A program made the translations under genes and the position numbers. Source: Gammaproteobacteria bacterium (lineage in GTDB: Bacteria; Pseudomonadota; Gammaproteobacteria; Eutrophobiales; Eutrophobiaceae). Taken from it: a DNA stretch of 64,000 bases. The DNA lies in contig CBDEUK010000002.1 in the NCBI GenBank assembly GCA_965243205.1, positions 608,001 through 672,000 of the forward strand, given 5' to 3'. The notes under the pieces were generated by a model. That model saw only the letters and a list, made by a program, of their open reading frames with translations. It made no database searches and was not told the origin of the DNA. Positions within the stretch are counted from its first letter, which is position 1; every line of letters begins with the position of its first letter. This document shows, in pieces, positions 21,182 through 32,267 of the stretch.

Positions 21182-22816
21182 CTACGCAAACTTAAGATCT
21201 ATTTTGGGAACCGCAGATAATAATTGTTGAGTATATTCATGTTGTGGATCATACATTATTTGTTCAACTGTACCTTGTTCTACAATTTTTCCTTTGTACA
21301 TGACTGCAACATAATCGGCTAAATATTCAACTACACTGATATTATGTGTGATAAATAAATAGGCAAGATCTAAACGTTTCTGTAGATCACGTAATAAGTC
21401 TAATATTTGTGATTGTACAGAAACATCCAAGGCACTGGTTGGCTCATCACAAACGATAATTTGTGGTTCAACTGCTAAGGCTCTAGCAATACAGACACGC
21501 TGTCTTTGACCGCCAGAAAATTCATGAGGATAACGATAGATATACTCTTTATCCAACTCAACATGCTCCATGAGTGATTGAATTCTATTAAGCCTATCTG
21601 CTGAATCTTTTCCAATGTTATGTACAAGCATCCCCTCTTCTAAAATATCTTTTATCATCATGCGTGGATTCATTGATGAATACGGATCTTGAAATACAAT
21701 TTGTAGATCCGTGCGTTTTTTTCTCAAAGCTGATTTATTTAAAATAGTAAGTTCTTCGTCATGATATTTCGCAGAACCAGCAGTTGGTTTTATCAACTGT
21801 AAAATACCTTTACCCATTGTTGTTTTACCAGAGCCTGATTCTCCAACAATTGCGACCGTCTCACCTGCTCGTATTTTAATTGAAACACCATCAACGGCTT
21901 TTATATGACCAACAGTACGCTTAAAGATACCTTTACGAATCGGAAAATGAACTTTTAAATCTGAAACTTCTAAAATAGCAGCTTTATCTTTTGAAATTAC
22001 TTCTCTTTGTTCAGCATCACGTTTTGCCTTCGTAGGTAATGAATTAAAAAGATGCATAGAATATTCATGTTGGGGTCCTTGGAAAAATTGTTTGCTGTCT
22101 GATTTTTCAACAATTTTACCTTGATACATAACCACCATTTGATCTGCTATTTGATTAGCTACTGCTAGGTCATGGGTAATGAATAAAATACCCATTCCAG
22201 TTTTTTGCTGTAACTCTTTTAATAGCTCCAATACTTGTGCTTGTATGGTCACATCCAAAGCAGTCGTTGGCTCATCGGCAATCAATAAATCTGGCTCACA
22301 AGCCAGAGCCATTGCAATCATTACGCGTTGTTTCATACCACCAGAATATTGATGTGGGTAATCATTTAAACGTGTTTCAGGATCAGGAATACCGACTGAG
22401 TCTAGCAACTCAATAATACGTTTCTGTTTTTGTTCTTTACTTAATGATTGATGTTGATCAATAACTTCACCGATCTGTTGACCACATGTCATGACAGGGT
22501 TTAAAGAATTTTGTGGCTCTTGAAAGATCATGCCTATCTTTTTACCACGTATCATTTTCATATCCGTTTCAGAAAAAGCAAAGATATTTTGATCGTGTAA
22601 CGAAATAGAACCTGAACTAATATTTGCTGCTGTTGGTAATAAACGCATAATAGCCATCGCGGTCATAGATTTTCCCGAACCTGACTCACCAACTAAAACA
22701 GTAGTCTGGCCTTTTTCCATAGAAAAACTTACATCGTTCACTACAATATTATCTTGTTCTTCTGCTGGAAAACTAACCGTTAGATTTTCTATTTCTAATA
22801 ATGAACTCATAATCAA
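21182..22816 (-). CDS. Peptide/nickel ABC transporter fused double ATPase
   Basis: Two GESGSGK Walker A motifs, SGGMKQR/SGGQRQR, DEPT. Confidence 0.92.
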   Translation of the reverse strand: MIMSSLLEIENLTVSFPAEEQDNIVVNDVSFSMEKGQTTVLVGESGSGKSMTAMAIMRLLPTAANISSGSISLHDQNIFAFSETDMKMIRGKKIGMIFQEPQNSLNPVMTCGQQIGEVIDQHQSLSKEQKQKRIIELLDSVGIPDPETRLNDYPHQYSGGMKQRVMIAMALACEPDLLIADEPTTALDVTIQAQVLELLKELQQKTGMGILFITHDLAVANQIADQMVVMYQGKIVEKSDSKQFFQGPQHEYSMHLFNSLPTKAKRDAEQREVISKDKAAILEVSDLKVHFPIRKGIFKRTVGHIKAVDGVSIKIRAGETVAIVGESGSGKTTMGKGILQLIKPTAGSAKYHDEELTILNKSALRKKRTDLQIVFQDPYSSMNPRMMIKDILEEGMLVHNIGKDSADRLNRIQSLMEHVELDKEYIYRYPHEFSGGQRQRVCIARALAVEPQIIVCDEPTSALDVSVQSQILDLLRDLQKRLDLAYLFITHNISVVEYLADYVAVMYKGKIVEQGTVEQIMYDPQHEYTQQLLSAVPKIDLKFA

Positions 22817-24220
22817 TCAACGAAGGTTTCTTAATCTTGGATCAAATGCATCACGCACTGCATCTGCAAACAAGTTGGCTGGCAAGACCAAACCAATCAT
22901 AAAAATAAACGCTGCAAACAATGACCACCAAACAATAGGATCTCGTGCCATCTCTAAACGCGCACTGTTAATCATATTACCCCAGCTATTCATACTCGGA
23001 TCAACGCCAATATTGATATAAGCTAAAACAGCTTCAGCCAATACCAAACCACTAAAATCAATCACAATGGTAATCACAACGATATGCATGACATTCGGTA
23101 ATAAGTGCCGTAATAAAATAGTCAAATGACTAACACCAAATGCTTGTGCAGCTTGTACGTAATCTATTTGTCTAAGTTTCAATGCTTCGGCTCGTAATAA
23201 ACGACATAAACCAGTCCAGCTAGTAATGCCTAAGATAAGACATAGAAAGAACAATCGTAGATCGGAACGATGCATAGTACTGGAAAAATCCTCGGCATGA
23301 TTAGCCATATAGACTTCCAGCATTAAAATAGCCGCTGCAATTAATAAAACACCAGGGATTGAATTTAAAGTGGTATATAAATATTGAATAGCGTCATCAA
23401 TCCAGCCACGAAAATAACCAGCCATTAACCCTAACATTAAAGCAAATGGCAACATAACTAAGGTTGTTAAGGTCCCAATAACGAGACCTGTTCGTATACC
23501 TTTTAAGCCTTGATAGAAAACATCTTGCCCTACTTTATCAGTACCTAAGATATGATAGTAATGTGATAAATAAAAAGCCCAAGTCAATCCACAGACCATT
23601 AATGCTAAAGTCATAAAAATCAAACGCCACGGTACATTAGTATGATTCGATTTAATGTTTTTAATGGTTAATTCTAATGATTGCCCTTTCTGTTTTATCA
23701 ATGTCACTATTATTAATAATGACATGACAAACCAAATAACCGTACCTATTACAATTGACAGCATCGATTTTAGAAAAATGTCCACTAGCCAACCTTGTTC
23801 TGGATTAGATAAATGTGCGCCCGCAAAGGTTAACTTTGGAAAATCTCGTATTGAGCTACCATCTTCAAGTTCAATGGTTTCTTTAGCATAAGAGTATATT
23901 GCGAAAGGTGCGGAATATGTTTTTTCATCCATGTTTTTTAAATGATTAACCAAAACATCTAACACACTGACAATCTCAGTTGAATATGTCGTCTCATTGG
24001 ATTCATTTTGTTCCAGTTTTGGATGGAAATGAAAACAATCGAGCAAGCCAATCGTAAGATAAAAAACTAGAATAACAGCGCTGACCATCGCTAAAGGATT
24101 TTTAGCAACCCTATGCCAAGGTTCAATCAAATGCTCATGCTTTCTCGCATAGATCGCAAAGGCTATAATTAAACCTAATAATAAAAATACCAACGCATCT
24201 GTAATAAATATCACTGGCAT
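22817..24220 (-). CDS. Peptide ABC transporter permease (DppC-like)
   Basis: HILGTDKVGQD, YVQAAQAFG, HLLPN, DAFDPR. Confidence 0.9.
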   Translation of the reverse strand: MPVIFITDALVFLLLGLIIAFAIYARKHEHLIEPWHRVAKNPLAMVSAVILVFYLTIGLLDCFHFHPKLEQNESNETTYSTEIVSVLDVLVNHLKNMDEKTYSAPFAIYSYAKETIELEDGSSIRDFPKLTFAGAHLSNPEQGWLVDIFLKSMLSIVIGTVIWFVMSLLIIVTLIKQKGQSLELTIKNIKSNHTNVPWRLIFMTLALMVCGLTWAFYLSHYYHILGTDKVGQDVFYQGLKGIRTGLVIGTLTTLVMLPFALMLGLMAGYFRGWIDDAIQYLYTTLNSIPGVLLIAAAILMLEVYMANHAEDFSSTMHRSDLRLFFLCLILGITSWTGLCRLLRAEALKLRQIDYVQAAQAFGVSHLTILLRHLLPNVMHIVVITIVIDFSGLVLAEAVLAYINIGVDPSMNSWGNMINSARLEMARDPIVWWSLFAAFIFMIGLVLPANLFADAVRDAFDPRLRNLR

Positions 24221-24221
24221 C

Positions 24222-25199
24222 TTAGTCTAACCTTATCCTTGGATCGGCAATGGTATAAGAGATGTCAGTTAATATTAAGCCAACGATATATAACACTGAA
24301 CCTAAAAACACCATTGAACGTACTATCGCGAAATCTTGGTTATTAATCGCATCAATAGTGTAACTACCTAGACCTGGAATGGAAAAGAAAGACTCTGTAA
24401 TCAAACTACCGATAAACAAAGTTGGCAAGATCACTACAACACCCGTTAAAATTGGAATTAAACCATTACGTAATACATGTTTATAAAGTACGGTAACTTC
24501 CGATAAGCCTTTTGCTCTAGCGGTTCGAACATAGTCTTTGTTCATTTCTTCCAAAAATATAGTTCGATACCAACGTGTACTACTGCCTATTCCACCCACT
24601 ACACCGATAATCACAGGTAGTAAGATAAATTTAATGGCGCTTAATCCTGTATCGTATCCAGAAATTGGGACCAGATTTAATAGCTTACCAATAATGAACT
24701 GCCCACCAATGATATAGAACATGCCAGAAATAGACATAATAATGACACACAACACAACACCCCATACATCAATATAACTGCCTCTAAAAAAAGCCAATGT
24801 CAAAGCAAAGCTAATATAAACCAATAAACCTAATATCAAACTTGGAACAGAAATAGCCAGACTTGGCCACATACGTTGTGAAATATCATAGCTAATATCA
24901 CGCCCGCTATCAGAACGACCAAAATCAAATAAAAATAACTTAACCGAATTCTGAAAAAAGATTGTATCTGTAAATTTATCAGTGCCAGATACTTCGCTAT
25001 TCCATATAACGGGTTTATCGTAACCACGTTCTGCTTTCCAAGTATCAACCGCTTCTTGAGTTAAGCGCTTTTCGCCCAATTGCATTCGCGCCATATCATC
25101 GGGCGTATTAACTACGAAGAATAAAATAAATGTTATTAGATTAACCCCAATCAATATAGGAATCGCATATAGAACACGTCGAATAATATAACTGATCAT
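24222..25199 (-). CDS. Peptide ABC transporter permease (DppB-like)
   Basis: DYVRTARAKGL, HVLRN, E.FFSIPGLG, DPRIR. Confidence 0.92.
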   Translation of the reverse strand: MISYIIRRVLYAIPILIGVNLITFILFFVVNTPDDMARMQLGEKRLTQEAVDTWKAERGYDKPVIWNSEVSGTDKFTDTIFFQNSVKLFLFDFGRSDSGRDISYDISQRMWPSLAISVPSLILGLLVYISFALTLAFFRGSYIDVWGVVLCVIIMSISGMFYIIGGQFIIGKLLNLVPISGYDTGLSAIKFILLPVIIGVVGGIGSSTRWYRTIFLEEMNKDYVRTARAKGLSEVTVLYKHVLRNGLIPILTGVVVILPTLFIGSLITESFFSIPGLGSYTIDAINNQDFAIVRSMVFLGSVLYIVGLILTDISYTIADPRIRLD

Positions 25200-27343
25200 A
25201 GAATTCGCTCGCGTTGTTTACGTTTATAGGTGTTATATGCAGGAATTAAACTTAAAAATAAAACCAAGAGAATAATAACAATCGGCAGCCAATATGGTTT
25301 ATTCCATTTCGCTCGCAATTCATTACGTAGCTCAGTATTTATAAACTTATATTTTAATGTGTTGTTAGCCATCAAATTTGGCTTAGCATTTTCATACCAA
25401 CTATGATGTAAAGAAAAACCTAAAGGGTGAAAACCCCAAATCCATGGAGCATCTCTACGCAGTATCTCAACCATTTTATTTGTGACTTCTAAACGCTCAT
25501 CACTATTTGGCATTGATTTCATTTGGTTAAATAATGTATCAAATTCAGAATTTTGATAATTAGCAGCATTTTCACCATTTAATTCTATTTTTTTATTTGG
25601 CCCGTATAAAAGAAAGAAAAAGTTTTCAGGGTCAGGATAGTCAGCATTCCAACCCCATTGAAAGATCTGTGCGGTACCTTTTAACATTTTTTCTTGGAAA
25701 CGATTATAGTCAGTAGAACGAATTACTAAATTGATATCCAGTTTTTCAAATTGTTTACGTATCCAATCAAAATAAGCTTTTGCACCTGGCCCTGATTGAG
25801 GCGAATCAAAATACAATACTAAAGGCTTACCTGTTTTTTGATCTCTGCCATTCGTATAACCTGCTTGAACTAACAATTCTTTAGCATATTCAATAGATTT
25901 ACGTTTCGTTTTTCCATTAACCCAATCATAGACATAAGGATTAATACCATCTTGACCTTCTACAAAACCAAATATGCCTGGTGGTATCGGTCCTTGTGAT
26001 GGTATGCCACGACCATTACGAAAAATTGAAATCATCTCTTCCATATCGATTGCAATGGATATAGCACGACGCAATAATCTTGCGCGTTCAGAATCACCAC
26101 CTACGACATCATCTTCCATATTAAAACCTAAATATGAAGTTGACGTTGTTACGGCGGTAATTAAACGTATATCTTTTTCCTTCATAACATCGGTTAAACC
26201 GGCTTCACCACTGGCAGAAAACGATACCGCTTGATCAAAACTATCCGAACCAATGCCCTGCGTATCATAATAGCCTTGCAAGAATTTATTCCAGCTTGGA
26301 ATGTTTTCTTTTTCCAAACTATAAATCGCTTTATCAATAAACGGTAATGACTTACCTGCGTGTTTTAATAAACCATTTGATATATCAGATTCTTCACCAT
26401 CTGTTGGATAGTTTTCTCCATGAAAATTAGGATTACGTTCCATGACCATGCGTTGATTAGGATTGTTTTCAGTCAACATAAATGGCCCTGTTCCTATTGG
26501 GTACCAATCCAAACTGATATTACGTTCTTCCATACCTGCTTGTTGATAAAACACATCTGCTTCCCATGGCATGGGAGAAAAGAAATACATAGAGAGCCAA
26601 TAAATAAACTGCGGATATTTTTCTTTTAAGGTAATTTGATATGTGTATTTATCTAATGACTTAACGCCTTCAAGATTATATTCACGTAAATTAATATTTT
26701 GCTCAGGATTATTTTTTAGAACTTGTCCTAATTCAGACGATAATTCTTTTAAGCCTAAAATATATTTCCCCATTAACCCTGCAATGGGTGAATGAATTTT
26801 AGGATTCGCTAAACGTTTAATTTGATATACGTAATCTTCAGCAATTAACTCTCGCGTTCCAGATTGAGAAAAATCATTCAAAGTATGTATATTTTTTAAA
26901 TCACTTAATGCTAAATCATGATACAAATATTCACCGTTTGTATTTTTAGCCAATGCTGGATGAGGTTGATATTTGATATCAGGGTTTATACGAATGGTAT
27001 AAACAACTTTACTAAGTTGATCAGATGGAATTGTGTCGTCGACCAACGTACCTTGTTTATCATAATATTCTGCTTGTGGAACTGAGGCTGCTGTTAACGT
27101 TGTCAATTCATAAGGGCGCTTTAAAAAATGATACTGCAAAATAGGTTCATATATTTGACCTAAAAAAACATATTCATTGGCACTGTAAGAGCTAGCAGGG
27201 TCTAGATGTTTTGGGCGCTCACTAAACGCATCATAATAAATATTTTGATTTGAATCCGAACTCGGGTATGGGTTATTCCATTCGCTACTCGTGCAAGCAG
27301 TCAATAGAAATCCAGCAATAATTGCTAAGTGGCAGCGATTCAT
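25196..27343 (-). CDS. Family 5 ABC substrate-binding lipoprotein with C-terminal TM helix
   Basis: Lipobox LTAC, HLDP, PIGTGPF, W.ADYPDPENF, hydrophobic C-terminal tail. Confidence 0.9.
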   Translation of the reverse strand: MNRCHLAIIAGFLLTACTSSEWNNPYPSSDSNQNIYYDAFSERPKHLDPASSYSANEYVFLGQIYEPILQYHFLKRPYELTTLTAASVPQAEYYDKQGTLVDDTIPSDQLSKVVYTIRINPDIKYQPHPALAKNTNGEYLYHDLALSDLKNIHTLNDFSQSGTRELIAEDYVYQIKRLANPKIHSPIAGLMGKYILGLKELSSELGQVLKNNPEQNINLREYNLEGVKSLDKYTYQITLKEKYPQFIYWLSMYFFSPMPWEADVFYQQAGMEERNISLDWYPIGTGPFMLTENNPNQRMVMERNPNFHGENYPTDGEESDISNGLLKHAGKSLPFIDKAIYSLEKENIPSWNKFLQGYYDTQGIGSDSFDQAVSFSASGEAGLTDVMKEKDIRLITAVTTSTSYLGFNMEDDVVGGDSERARLLRRAISIAIDMEEMISIFRNGRGIPSQGPIPPGIFGFVEGQDGINPYVYDWVNGKTKRKSIEYAKELLVQAGYTNGRDQKTGKPLVLYFDSPQSGPGAKAYFDWIRKQFEKLDINLVIRSTDYNRFQEKMLKGTAQIFQWGWNADYPDPENFFFLLYGPNKKIELNGENAANYQNSEFDTLFNQMKSMPNSDERLEVTNKMVEILRRDAPWIWGFHPLGFSLHHSWYENAKPNLMANNTLKYKFINTELRNELRAKWNKPYWLPIVIILLVLFLSLIPAYNTYKRKQRERIL

Positions 27344-27464
27344 TAAAAATATTGTCCAGGACGTGAGGTTATGTTTATCGTTATAATCCTTATTATAAAC
27401 TTCAGCAGATTGCTGTACAGTTTGACATCGAAAATAACAACAGTTTCAAAAAAGAGGAATAATA

Positions 27465-28241
27465 ATGAGCTTACTTGAAGGTAAACGAGCACTCGTAGTT
27501 GGTGTGGCTAGTAATCGTTCAATCGCCTGGGGAATCGCTAAAGCACTCAAACGTGAAGGTGCTGAATTAGCCTTCACTTATCAAAATGACAAACTCAGAG
27601 GCCGAGTGGAAAAATTTGCAGAAGAAGTCGGATCTGAAATTACTGTCCCATGTGATGTTGCTGAAGATAGCCAAATTCGAGATGTATTTGGGCATTTAGA
27701 TAATTATTGGGATGGCATTGATATTATTATCCATTCTGTCGCGTATGCGCCTAAAGAAGCCTTAGAAGGTGAATATTTGGAAAATCTATCGCGTGAGAAC
27801 TTCTTAATGGCACATGAAATCAGCTCATACAGCTTCTCAGCACTCGCTGATGCGGCACGCCCTATGATGAAAGATCGCAATGGTGCACTTCTCACATTAA
27901 GTTACATTGGCGCAGTACGGGCAATGCCAAACTATAACGTCATGGGTGTAGCAAAGGCATCTCTTGAAGCCAATGTACGTTATATGGCGGCCAGTTTAGG
28001 GCCTGAAAATATTCGCGTAAATGGTATTTCTGCTGGTCCAATCAAAACCTTAGCTGCTTCAGGTATTAAAGGCCTAAAAGATTTCTTAACACGTGTTGAA
28101 GAGTCTGCCCCGTTACGTAGAAATGTAACCATTGATGAGGTCGGTAATGTTGCAGCCTTTATGTGTTCTGATTATGCATCTGCAGTAACTGGCGAAATTA
28201 CCTATGTGGATTGTGGTTATAACGCTATAGGCCTTGCCTAA
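27465..28241 (+). CDS. fabI: Enoyl-ACP reductase
   Basis: [30 protein letters not shown]. Confidence 0.96.
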   Translation: MSLLEGKRALVVGVASNRSIAWGIAKALKREGAELAFTYQNDKLRGRVEKFAEEVGSEITVPCDVAEDSQIRDVFGHLDNYWDGIDIIIHSVAYAPKEALEGEYLENLSRENFLMAHEISSYSFSALADAARPMMKDRNGALLTLSYIGAVRAMPNYNVMGVAKASLEANVRYMAASLGPENIRVNGISAGPIKTLAASGIKGLKDFLTRVEESAPLRRNVTIDEVGNVAAFMCSDYASAVTGEITYVDCGYNAIGLA

Positions 28242-28264
28242 CATTTTTTAAGGAAACCCTCTTC

Positions 28265-29470
28265 ATGGCTTCAAAAGAAACCACTCTGCTCTGGGCGATC
28301 TTGCTCGGAGCAATATTAGGCATAGTTTGTGGCTGGTTTTTTGGCGAAGCCATGGTATCGATCCAATGGATTGGCCAGTTATTTTTAGATGCCTTGAAAA
28401 TGACTATCGTGCCATTGATAGTCGCTGCGGTCATTACCGGTGTAGCATCACTTGGTGACGTTAGTAAACTGGGTCGTTTGGGTGGTTTTACGCTTCTCTA
28501 CTACACATCCACTACGGCCATAGCTGTTTTCATAGGTCTTATTGTAGTAAACCTCATTCAACCGGGTCATGGCTTAGATACCTCAACTTTAGATTTACCT
28601 CAAAATATTGCTGAACGTGATCCAACGACTCTATCTGACATTATCTTATCGTTAGTGCATCCCAATTTAATTGAAGCTGCTGCTGAAACCAAACTACTAC
28701 CCCTGATCGTTTTTTGTTTAATTTTTTCAGCTGCCCTTACAACCCTAGGTGAAAAAGGCAAACCGGTACTCAATTTCTTTGAAAGTTTAAATGAAGTCAT
28801 GATGAGATTGGTTATTTGGTTAATGTATCTAGCGCCTCTTGGTATCTTTGCTTTGATAGCTGCCAGGCTTGGCTCGGCTGGAGGTGGTGAAGCTTTTCTA
28901 CAAGAAATTAAATCCGTAGGGCTTTATGTCGTAACAGTGATACTCGGTTTAGGTATTCACTTTATTGTATTATTTATAATCCTTCGACTATTAACAGGTC
29001 GAGGTTTTAATTACCTACGTTCACTGGCACAAGCTTTATTCACTGCATTTGGTACCGCAAGTTCTTCTGCAACTCTGCCATTAACCATGGAATGTGCAGA
29101 ACAAGCAGGAGTTAATCCTAAAGCAGTCAAATTTGTATTGCCATTAGGTGCAACAGTAAATATGGATGGAACAGCGTTGTATGAGTCCATAGCGGTCATG
29201 TTTATTGCTCAAGCTTATGGCATTGAAATGGATATGACTCAACAAATCATTATTTTTGTCACAGCAACCTTAGCCGCCATAGGTGCAGCAGGTATTCCTC
29301 AAGCAGGATTAGTAACAATGTTAATTGTATTATCCGCTGTTAACCTTCCTGCTGAGGGTATTGCGTTACTACTCGCCGTAGACTGGTTCTTAGATAGAAT
29401 AAGAACCACTGTTAATGTTTGGGGTGATAGTGTTGGTGCAGCGGTACTTGAAAGTCAAATACCAAAATAG
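28265..29470 (+). CDS. Dicarboxylate/amino acid:cation symporter (DAACS)
   Basis: TASSSATLP, GATVNMDG, DWFLDRIRT.VN. Confidence 0.92.
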   Translation: MASKETTLLWAILLGAILGIVCGWFFGEAMVSIQWIGQLFLDALKMTIVPLIVAAVITGVASLGDVSKLGRLGGFTLLYYTSTTAIAVFIGLIVVNLIQPGHGLDTSTLDLPQNIAERDPTTLSDIILSLVHPNLIEAAAETKLLPLIVFCLIFSAALTTLGEKGKPVLNFFESLNEVMMRLVIWLMYLAPLGIFALIAARLGSAGGGEAFLQEIKSVGLYVVTVILGLGIHFIVLFIILRLLTGRGFNYLRSLAQALFTAFGTASSSATLPLTMECAEQAGVNPKAVKFVLPLGATVNMDGTALYESIAVMFIAQAYGIEMDMTQQIIIFVTATLAAIGAAGIPQAGLVTMLIVLSAVNLPAEGIALLLAVDWFLDRIRTTVNVWGDSVGAAVLESQIPK

Positions 29471-29519
29471 ATTGACTACTTTTTTTAAAAAGACGTTATT
29501 AGAAAATAATTTTTTTATT

Positions 29520-29650
29520 GTTACTTTCTATTGCTTGTCCAATAGAAAGTAACCAAAGACAAAGACACCCGTTGCGATAATGAATGACGAAGGAAACCTT
29601 TAGCCCATGTCATTCGGGGTGATTTTCTTTGCTCATCAAAGAAAAGTACA
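29520..29650. repeat. Palindromic REP/MITE-like intergenic element between convergent genes
   Basis: Perfect 14-bp stem GTTACTTTCTATTG/CAATAGAAAGTAAC, nested CACCC/GGGTG and GAATGAC/GTCATTC, and a related second stem TTTTCTTTG/CAAAGAAAA. Confidence 0.6.
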
Positions 29651-29661
29651 AATAAGAAGAT

Positions 29662-31569
29662 TTATAAATTACTCTCTACAATAGTTATATCTGAACTATC
29701 TTTAAGTGCATCAAAATAATTTGCCCAATCAGATTCAGCACGAACTCGTTGCATTTCTTTACTTTGATTATCAACGTCAATACCCATAATCTTTTCTGGG
29801 TATTGAACAGATTTTAAAGAGACAACAACATAATCCCCATTACCTAATTCAGTACCTGATACAGCAGGCTGGTCATCTATTGGAGGCTCTAAACGAAAAG
29901 CAGTTCTTAATACAGAACGGTTTACCGTTATATCGTCACGAGTTACTTCTTCAGCTTGTTTAAACGCAAGCCCATGTTCGGAAAGTATTGAATCAACAGA
30001 TTCGCCTTTCTTTAATGCAGAGAGTATTTTGTCACCAATTTCACTAGCGGTGTTTTTAGCTTTAGTGTTTTTCAAGGCATCAACAATCTGTGTACTCACT
30101 TCCGACATAGTTTGTTGACCTTCTTCGATAACATCCGTAACACGAACGACTATCGCTTCAGTATCACTCAGCTCAATCACGTCGCTGTTATTACCATTAG
30201 TTAAAACATCTTCGCTAAAGCTAGCAGCAACCACTTTAGGGTTTGAGAAATCTGGATTTGATTCCACAGAATCTTGTGAAAAATAGTTTGATGTTTCCAC
30301 AGGGATATCAACTGCATCACTCGCAACTTCTAAGGTATCAGGATGCTCATAACTTAATGCTGCCATTTGATCAGCTAACTCAAAATACATCTTTTGAGCT
30401 TTTTCTGTTTTCAGATCAGTTTCAACTTGATCTTTGACCTCATCAAATGAAACCTCTCGCATTTCTTCGATATCACTAACATTTACAATGAAATAGGCAT
30501 TTAAGTCTTCAATAATGTCGCTGGTTTCACCTTTGTTCAATGAGAAAATAACATCATCAATGACTTTTAATAGTTCACCCTGCTTTTTAAATCCAGTCTC
30601 TGAAACATCGACTTTAATACCTTCCTCTGAGGTACTCGACATGGTTTCAGCAATTTTTTCAAACGTTAACCCATCTGCCGTAGCTTTTAATAATTCTTCA
30701 GCTTTTGCTTTAGCTGTTTGCAGCTGTTCGTCTGTAGCGTTCTCAGGCTTACCAATTTTAATTTGCCAAATTTTACGTTTTTCAGGATCGTTATAAGCTA
30801 ATTGATTATTGGTAAAATAATTTTCTAAATCATCATCCGATAATTTAATTTGTTCCATAACCTTATCGAATGTTAATTTTAAATAATCAACTTTAACTTG
30901 TTTAGGTCTTTTAAAACTCGTTTTATTTTGCTCATAGTAATTTTCAATTTCTTCGGATGTGACTTCCGTTTTTTCTTTAATCGAATTCAAAGAAACTAAT
31001 GCATAAGAAAAATTACGTGATTGTTTTTTTAAACGAACAATATTTTCTAATTCTTTTTCTGTTGTAAATGAACTTTCCGAAATCGCTGCCTGTAACTGTT
31101 CTGACATCATGTCTAATTTTACTTGCTGTTCAAACACAGCTGGCGGCATTCCTTGGGAGGTGATGGAACGCTGATAAAGGTCTGCATCAAAACCTTCCGA
31201 ATCATGAAATATATCAAATTGACGTATAGTCTCTAGCACACCTTCATTAGAGACGTTTAAGCCAGCATCTTGAGTGACTTGATTTAATACTTCTGAATCA
31301 ATGATTCGGTTAAGCGTTTGTTGTTTGATAAATGGATCGTCTGCATCTACAGAAGTGCCAAGAGCATTTTGCATTTGTTGATGGTAGTTAGCTAAAGCTC
31401 TTTGAAAATACGATTGTTTAATTTCATTATCATTGACTTTAGCAACATATGGCTCTGTACTTTGATTGAAATAATAATCGATACCAAAGAATGCAAAAGG
31501 AATAATAAGAATGGCTACGATAAGGGCGGCTAACCAGCCAGTAGCAATGTCGCGAATTTTTAATAACAT
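29662..31569 (-). CDS. ppiD: Membrane-anchored periplasmic chaperone/PPIase
   Basis: N-terminal TM, SurA-like region, degenerate parvulin domain; conserved position after hupB. Confidence 0.9.
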   Translation of the reverse strand: MLLKIRDIATGWLAALIVAILIIPFAFFGIDYYFNQSTEPYVAKVNDNEIKQSYFQRALANYHQQMQNALGTSVDADDPFIKQQTLNRIIDSEVLNQVTQDAGLNVSNEGVLETIRQFDIFHDSEGFDADLYQRSITSQGMPPAVFEQQVKLDMMSEQLQAAISESSFTTEKELENIVRLKKQSRNFSYALVSLNSIKEKTEVTSEEIENYYEQNKTSFKRPKQVKVDYLKLTFDKVMEQIKLSDDDLENYFTNNQLAYNDPEKRKIWQIKIGKPENATDEQLQTAKAKAEELLKATADGLTFEKIAETMSSTSEEGIKVDVSETGFKKQGELLKVIDDVIFSLNKGETSDIIEDLNAYFIVNVSDIEEMREVSFDEVKDQVETDLKTEKAQKMYFELADQMAALSYEHPDTLEVASDAVDIPVETSNYFSQDSVESNPDFSNPKVVAASFSEDVLTNGNNSDVIELSDTEAIVVRVTDVIEEGQQTMSEVSTQIVDALKNTKAKNTASEIGDKILSALKKGESVDSILSEHGLAFKQAEEVTRDDITVNRSVLRTAFRLEPPIDDQPAVSGTELGNGDYVVVSLKSVQYPEKIMGIDVDNQSKEMQRVRAESDWANYFDALKDSSDITIVESNL

Positions 31570-31603
31570 GGTTGTCTACGTCACGTTCAGCATCAATTTA
31601 TAT

Positions 31604-31627
31604 AAAAGGGCGCTATTAATACGCCCA
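31604..31627 (-). terminator. Probable terminator after the tRNA pair
   Basis: GGGCG/CGCCC stem with an A tract. Confidence 0.5.
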
Positions 31628-31636
31628 TTTCATGTT

Positions 31637-31713
31637 TGGCGGAGTGGACGGGACTCGAACCCGCGACCCCCGGCGTGACAGGCCGGTATTCTAACCAACT
31701 GAACTACCACTCC
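31637..31713 (-). tRNA. tRNA-Asp(GTC)
   Basis: Cloverleaf, GGTTCGAGTCC T-arm, anticodon GTC, encoded CCA. Confidence 0.96.
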
Positions 31714-31721
31714 TAAAGTAA

Positions 31722-31797
31722 TGGTGGGTGCTGCAGGGATCGAACCTGCGACCCTCGCCTTGTAAGGGCGATGCTCTCCCAGCTGAGCTAAGCACCC
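31722..31797 (-). tRNA. tRNA-Val(TAC)
   Basis: Cloverleaf, anticodon TAC, encoded CCA. Confidence 0.96.
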
Positions 31798-31809
31798 AAG
31801 AAAGGCGCG

Positions 31810-32082
31810 CTAGTTTATGGCATCCTTAAGCGCTTTTCCAGGTTTAAATGCAGGAACTTTTGCTGCTTTAATTTGGATATCTTCGCCAGTACGTGGATTG
31901 CGGCCAGTACGAGCCGCTCGATTACGTACAGTAAAAGTACCAAACCCGACTAAAGTAACACTATCATCTTTTTTCATAGCGTTAGTAATATTATCAATCA
32001 CTGCATCTAATGCGCGACCTGCAGATGCTTTTGAAATATCAGCTTCTTCCGCAATCGCATCTATTAATTCTGATTTATTCAT
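31810..32082 (-). CDS. hupB: DNA-binding protein HU
   Basis: MNKSELI, GFGTF, GRNPRTG; follows lon. Confidence 0.96.
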   Translation of the reverse strand: MNKSELIDAIAEEADISKASAGRALDAVIDNITNAMKKDDSVTLVGFGTFTVRNRAARTGRNPRTGEDIQIKAAKVPAFKPGKALKDAIN

Positions 32083-32267
32083 AAGTTATTTTCCCCTAAA
32101 GACTAATGATTTCCCCATTTATTATTCTAATAACACTTAAGGCAGAGCCTCAACGGTTTGTGCCTGCATCATGAGGTTTAAGCGTGAAGGTGAAACCGAG
32201 GGACGAGTTTATATCAACTGCTTAATAAGCCGTCAAGCAAACTCGTCACCTTTTAATACATATTTTA

